This document shows positions 60,918 through 64,000 of a DNA stretch of 64,000 bases, piece after piece. How positions within the stretch are numbered: the stretch's first letter is position 1; each line of letters opens with the position of its first letter. The notes beneath the pieces were generated by a model. The model was not told where the DNA came from and made no database searches. It saw only the letters and a list, made by a program, of their open reading frames with translations. A program made the translations under genes and the position numbers. Source of the DNA: Holophagales bacterium (GTDB taxonomy: Bacteria; Acidobacteriota; Thermoanaerobaculia; Multivoradales; UBA5704); NCBI GenBank assembly GCA_031404815.1, contig JANNIH010000081.1:1972-65971 (forward strand), given 5' to 3'.

Positions 60918-62596
60918 GGCTCGAAACGACGGAGCCAAGCCTCAAGCGACAGGCTGTGCCAGAAATCCGTGTTTGCCCTGCGGCCGGAAAGGTAGTCGTC
61001 GACAGCTCGCCGGAGGCTGCTCGGCTCAAGGTACCCTAGTTCTGCTGCGCGCATATCACGAAGAAGCGTCTCGATGTTCGCCCGCTTCACTCGAAGTGCG
61101 CGGTCGAAGAGAGCGGTCGGATAGATCTTGCGGGGACGGTCGAGGATCTCATCGGGAAGGAAGCCACGCATTGCCTGGCGAACGATTGCTTTGGAGAAGC
61201 CATCGGCAAAACTTAAAGTCGCAGGGAAGCTGTACGCGAGATCGATGATTCTGGAATCCAGGTACGGGTGGCGGAGATCGATCCCGAACCTGGCTGCCTC
61301 GGCGGTCATAAGAGCCGTCGTTCCGCGGTGTTGTGAATCGAGAAGGAGTCGTCGATCGTGATCTCCCGGCAAAGCGAACCGGTCTCCCTTCGGAAAGCGC
61401 GGTACGAGTCCACGCAGAGCGGGACTCAGCCATGGGGGAGGCAGCGGTCCATGGAGCGGCAAAAGCCAGCGCGCAGTGCGGCCAAGAATACGGTAGCGAA
61501 TCAGCCAAGGGAGGTCGACATCGACCCTGCGACGATATGCCTTTATTTCCTGAGCTAGCTTGAGCCAACGAAAAGTAAGAAACAAATCGGCGAACGGAAA
61601 TACGGTGCCAAAGGCTAAGTCCCCTCCGTGCCCGGTGAACAGAGTTCCTATTCCTTGCGCACAAGCTTGGATGAATGTCTCTTGCCAGACCTCTCGGTAA
61701 ACGTTGCAAGCCGGGTTTGCGGAATCGGGAGCGAGGCCTCCAGAAGCAGAGAGCGGGTGATGGACATCGGCCGCGATCTCAACGACCTCCATCCCGAGCG
61801 CTCGTGCAACCCGCATTGCAGGCCCGCTCTCGTCTGCATCCGGTGCCGTACGGGCGGCCCAGACAAAGGCAACCATCCCCGCCTCGGGGAGGGCGACGCG
61901 AAGCGCGGCCGCGATCGAGGTCGAATCGAGCCCGCTGCTCAGCGTAATGCCGATTCTTTCGCCTGGTGGAGCGTATTCAGGAACGACAGAGAAGAGCGTC
62001 TTGCGCAACACGGTCGACGCCTCGATCGCACTGCGCGCAGGAAGAAGATGGCGGTGCTGTTGCCGGGATAGGCGAAGCTTGATGCTCCCTCGGTTGATCG
62101 TAAGCGTTGCCCCTGGAGGGAGCACTCGAATACCTCGGAAGAACGTCGTTCCCGGCTCGGGCGTGACGCCACAGATGTGTGCTGCAACCGACGCCGGCTC
62201 GATTCGATCGAAGTTGGCTGTTGCGAAGCACTCCATTCGACTCGATATGACGATCTCGCGGCCGTGCTCGGAGAAAAAAAGTGGGTGTGCCCCCGTTGGA
62301 TCGGCTACCGCAAGGAGCTGCTCCTTTCGGCCATCCCAGATGACAAAGGAGCACGGCCCAGAGATACGATCTGGCAGCTCCATGCCATAGCGGTCATAGC
62401 CGGCTTCCAGGAGAATCTCGATACGGCTGGCAAGTGATGTCTGCCCCTGAGACACAATTTCGCTAGAACAGAGAATGAATCCACCCCACATCAGGCAGAC
62501 TGGCTTGTCGCCGCTCGGAGCGAGGTCCGGTGCGAGGAGATCTCGGCTCCAACGGACGAGTTTCTGCGGCTGAGAGTCAGTGCTCTCCTGTGCCAC
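60914..62596 (-). CDS. Lasso peptide cyclase (asparagine-synthetase-like, no N-terminal Cys)
   Basis: PP-loop 'LSSGLDST', 'FTGHGGD', 'HPYLDSR', 'RPRK'. Start uncertain (GTG 62596, ATG 62650 or ATG 62491). Confidence 0.85.
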   Translation of the reverse strand: MAQESTDSQPQKLVRWSRDLLAPDLAPSGDKPVCLMWGGFILCSSEIVSQGQTSLASRIEILLEAGYDRYGMELPDRISGPCSFVIWDGRKEQLLAVADPTGAHPLFFSEHGREIVISSRMECFATANFDRIEPASVAAHICGVTPEPGTTFFRGIRVLPPGATLTINRGSIKLRLSRQQHRHLLPARSAIEASTVLRKTLFSVVPEYAPPGERIGITLSSGLDSTSIAAALRVALPEAGMVAFVWAARTAPDADESGPAMRVARALGMEVVEIAADVHHPLSASGGLAPDSANPACNVYREVWQETFIQACAQGIGTLFTGHGGDLAFGTVFPFADLFLTFRWLKLAQEIKAYRRRVDVDLPWLIRYRILGRTARWLLPLHGPLPPPWLSPALRGLVPRFPKGDRFALPGDHDRRLLLDSQHRGTTALMTAEAARFGIDLRHPYLDSRIIDLAYSFPATLSFADGFSKAIVRQAMRGFLPDEILDRPRKIYPTALFDRALRVKRANIETLLRDMRAAELGYLEPSSLRRAVDDYLSGRRANTDFWHSLSLEAWLRRFEP

Positions 62597-62768
62597 CCGG
62601 CAAACGCCTTTTCTCAGGGCCCTGATTTTCGCGCGAGCCATCGACGCCATCCGAAGGCCCGAAGTTACCCTCGCGCGTCAGGTCGGACAGCCGTCCATAA
62701 ATCGAGAGCTTTGGCGGGACATATCTCTCACGCAAATCTCCATTCCGGACTGAGCATTTATATCGCAT
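62577..62768 (-). CDS. Lasso peptide precursor (63 aa)
   Basis: MRYKCSVRNGDLRERYVPPKLSIYGRLSDLTR-EGNFGPSDGVDGSRENQGPEKRRLPGGTGEH. Has the YxxPxL leader motif, 'G..xxLT' with Thr at -2, and Asp at core position 8; directly upstream of the cyclase. Confidence 0.78.
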   Translation of the reverse strand: MRYKCSVRNGDLRERYVPPKLSIYGRLSDLTREGNFGPSDGVDGSRENQGPEKRRLPGGTGEH

Positions 62769-62869
62769 CTCTTGAATCCTGTCAGTTTGGCCCGGAGAGT
62801 CTTGAAGCTGCCAAACGGTGATTGAAAGCAAGGCGGCTGGCTCAGCCTAGATTACCGCATCGAGAGCTG

Positions 62870-62898
62870 AAAAAAAAGGCCCGGGGTTCCCCCGGGCC
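62870..62898 (-). terminator. Rho-independent terminator of the upstream secreted-protein gene
   Basis: 9-bp GC stem (62878-62886 / 62890-62898) with a 3-nt loop, followed by T8 on the minus strand. Confidence 0.88.
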
Positions 62899-62949
62899 CA
62901 AAGTCATTGATCAAGAGAGGCTGGCGAAGTGCCAGCCTCTGAAGTGCAA

Positions 62950-63999
62950 CTAGTTACGGTGCGGAGCGCACAGCAACCCGTTGTTGTAGTTGTCCAACAT
63001 CGTGTGCCACGGCGAGGCCGTGGTCCAGGCCGAGCTGCTACCGCGGACGTTGCTGCCGACCGGATAGGTCTTCAGCCAGTTGTCGGCCGAGGTGATGGTC
63101 GCGCTGATGCAGCTGGAGGCATTGCCGACGATGACGTTCAGCTTGGCCGCGATCAGCTGCTTGGCCAAATCGATCGTCTTGTCGCCCCGGCTCGAAGTGC
63201 CGAGCAGCGTGATCGCCTGAGCGACCGTGTAGGTCTGGTTGCCGATCTTGATGCTGGTGACCGGCCAGGCGCTCGCGTGATTTTTCCAGTAACCGATCGT
63301 GGCGGTGCCCGGAGCCGGAGTCGTCGGCGGGCACTGGACGATATCGACGTTGATGTCGCCCTGTCCGGTGGCCGGGAAGCAGGCACCTGAATTGGGCTGC
63401 GTGACCACCGTCCATCGGTACCAACCGGAGGCCCCGAAGTTGAGGTTCTTACCGTTGGCGCCGACTCCGACCTGGAACGCCGGGCCGGTGCGGGTGATGC
63501 TGATGGCGCCGCCGACGTTGTTGTCGATACCGGTCAGGGTGCCGTTATACCCGGTGTAGTAGAACCAGGTCCCGGTGTTGACCGGTCCACCGTTCTCCGA
63601 GTACGCCGAAGCCATGAGCTCTTTCTTCGGGCTGCCGGCGGGAGCGACGCTCGTCCGGCCGGTGAACGTGATGCTCACCACCCAGGCGTTCAGTGGGTTG
63701 GACAAGCTGCGCAACGTCCCGTTCATGTTCGCCGTGCCGTTCGAATTCTGCATGAACGTACCCGGGGACGGAGTGAACTGGTAATCGGTACCGATGCCCG
63801 GGAGCCAGAAGGCATGATTGGCTCCAGCGCCCTGAACCGACGGGTCGTTGATCGCTTCGTCCACACACTGCTCGTTGTTGCTCGGAGTGCGGTAGCCGAA
63901 GTCGACATCGAGCTTCGCCTGACCGCCCGCGAGCGAGAGCGCCACGGTGTTCGCGGTGCCGATCCCATCGAGGTCGTAGGTCTGCACATTTCCGGCCGG
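62950..63999 (-). CDS. Large secreted protein (SdrD-B-like repeat end plus 'IGYWKNH' C-terminal domain), 5'-truncated by window edge
   Basis: Frame is open to the window end; 'YDLDGIGTAN...DVDFGY' and 'TIGYWKNH..AWP...QLIAAKLN'. Confidence 0.7.
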   Translation of the reverse strand, partial: PAGNVQTYDLDGIGTANTVALSLAGGQAKLDVDFGYRTPSNNEQCVDEAINDPSVQGAGANHAFWLPGIGTDYQFTPSPGTFMQNSNGTANMNGTLRSLSNPLNAWVVSITFTGRTSVAPAGSPKKELMASAYSENGGPVNTGTWFYYTGYNGTLTGIDNNVGGAISITRTGPAFQVGVGANGKNLNFGASGWYRWTVVTQPNSGACFPATGQGDINVDIVQCPPTTPAPGTATIGYWKNHASAWPVTSIKIGNQTYTVAQAITLLGTSSRGDKTIDLAKQLIAAKLNVIVGNASSCISATITSADNWLKTYPVGSNVRGSSSAWTTASPWHTMLDNYNNGLLCAPHRN

Positions 64000-64000
64000 A

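Overview
High-GC bacterial chromosomal window. The ELWxxDGT, PKD/'CRVLDTR', YfhO and M64 gene content suggests Acidobacteriota, probably Thermoanaerobaculia-like (inference). Left to right: (1) a 5'-truncated, AT-richer DUF262 + MAE_28990-type HEPN + C5-cytosine methyltransferase cassette; (2) envelope and housekeeping genes (YfhO-like, lipoprotein, rsmI, SurA-like, degenerate SLT, murA, prmC, NYN, M64 peptidase); (3) a Fic + MNT/HepT toxin-antitoxin islet, a hydrolase and an aberrant ClpX-like ATPase; (4) a ~29.5 kb Wzx/Wzy surface-polysaccharide locus with about 12 glycosyltransferases, 7 methyltransferases and amido-, carbamoyl- and acyl-transferases, whose only flippase has an in-frame TAA; (5) ribBA, an ELWxxDGT protein, a decayed patch with an 11 x 21-bp hairpin/GAATTC array, GT4, HlyIII and CIRCE-controlled groES-groEL; (6) a beta-barrel gene with a sigma54-like promoter; (7) a five-gene lasso-peptide cluster (precursor, cyclase, HPr-type kinase, RRE, protease) with an unusual predicted core; and (8) the 3' part of a large secreted protein. 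The best candidates for something new are the lasso cluster and its precursor, the 21-bp array, the DUF262-HEPN-MTase cassette and the loop-less ClpX paralogue. All family calls come from motif recognition by eye; no database searches were run. No tRNA, rRNA, CRISPR, integrase or transposase was found.
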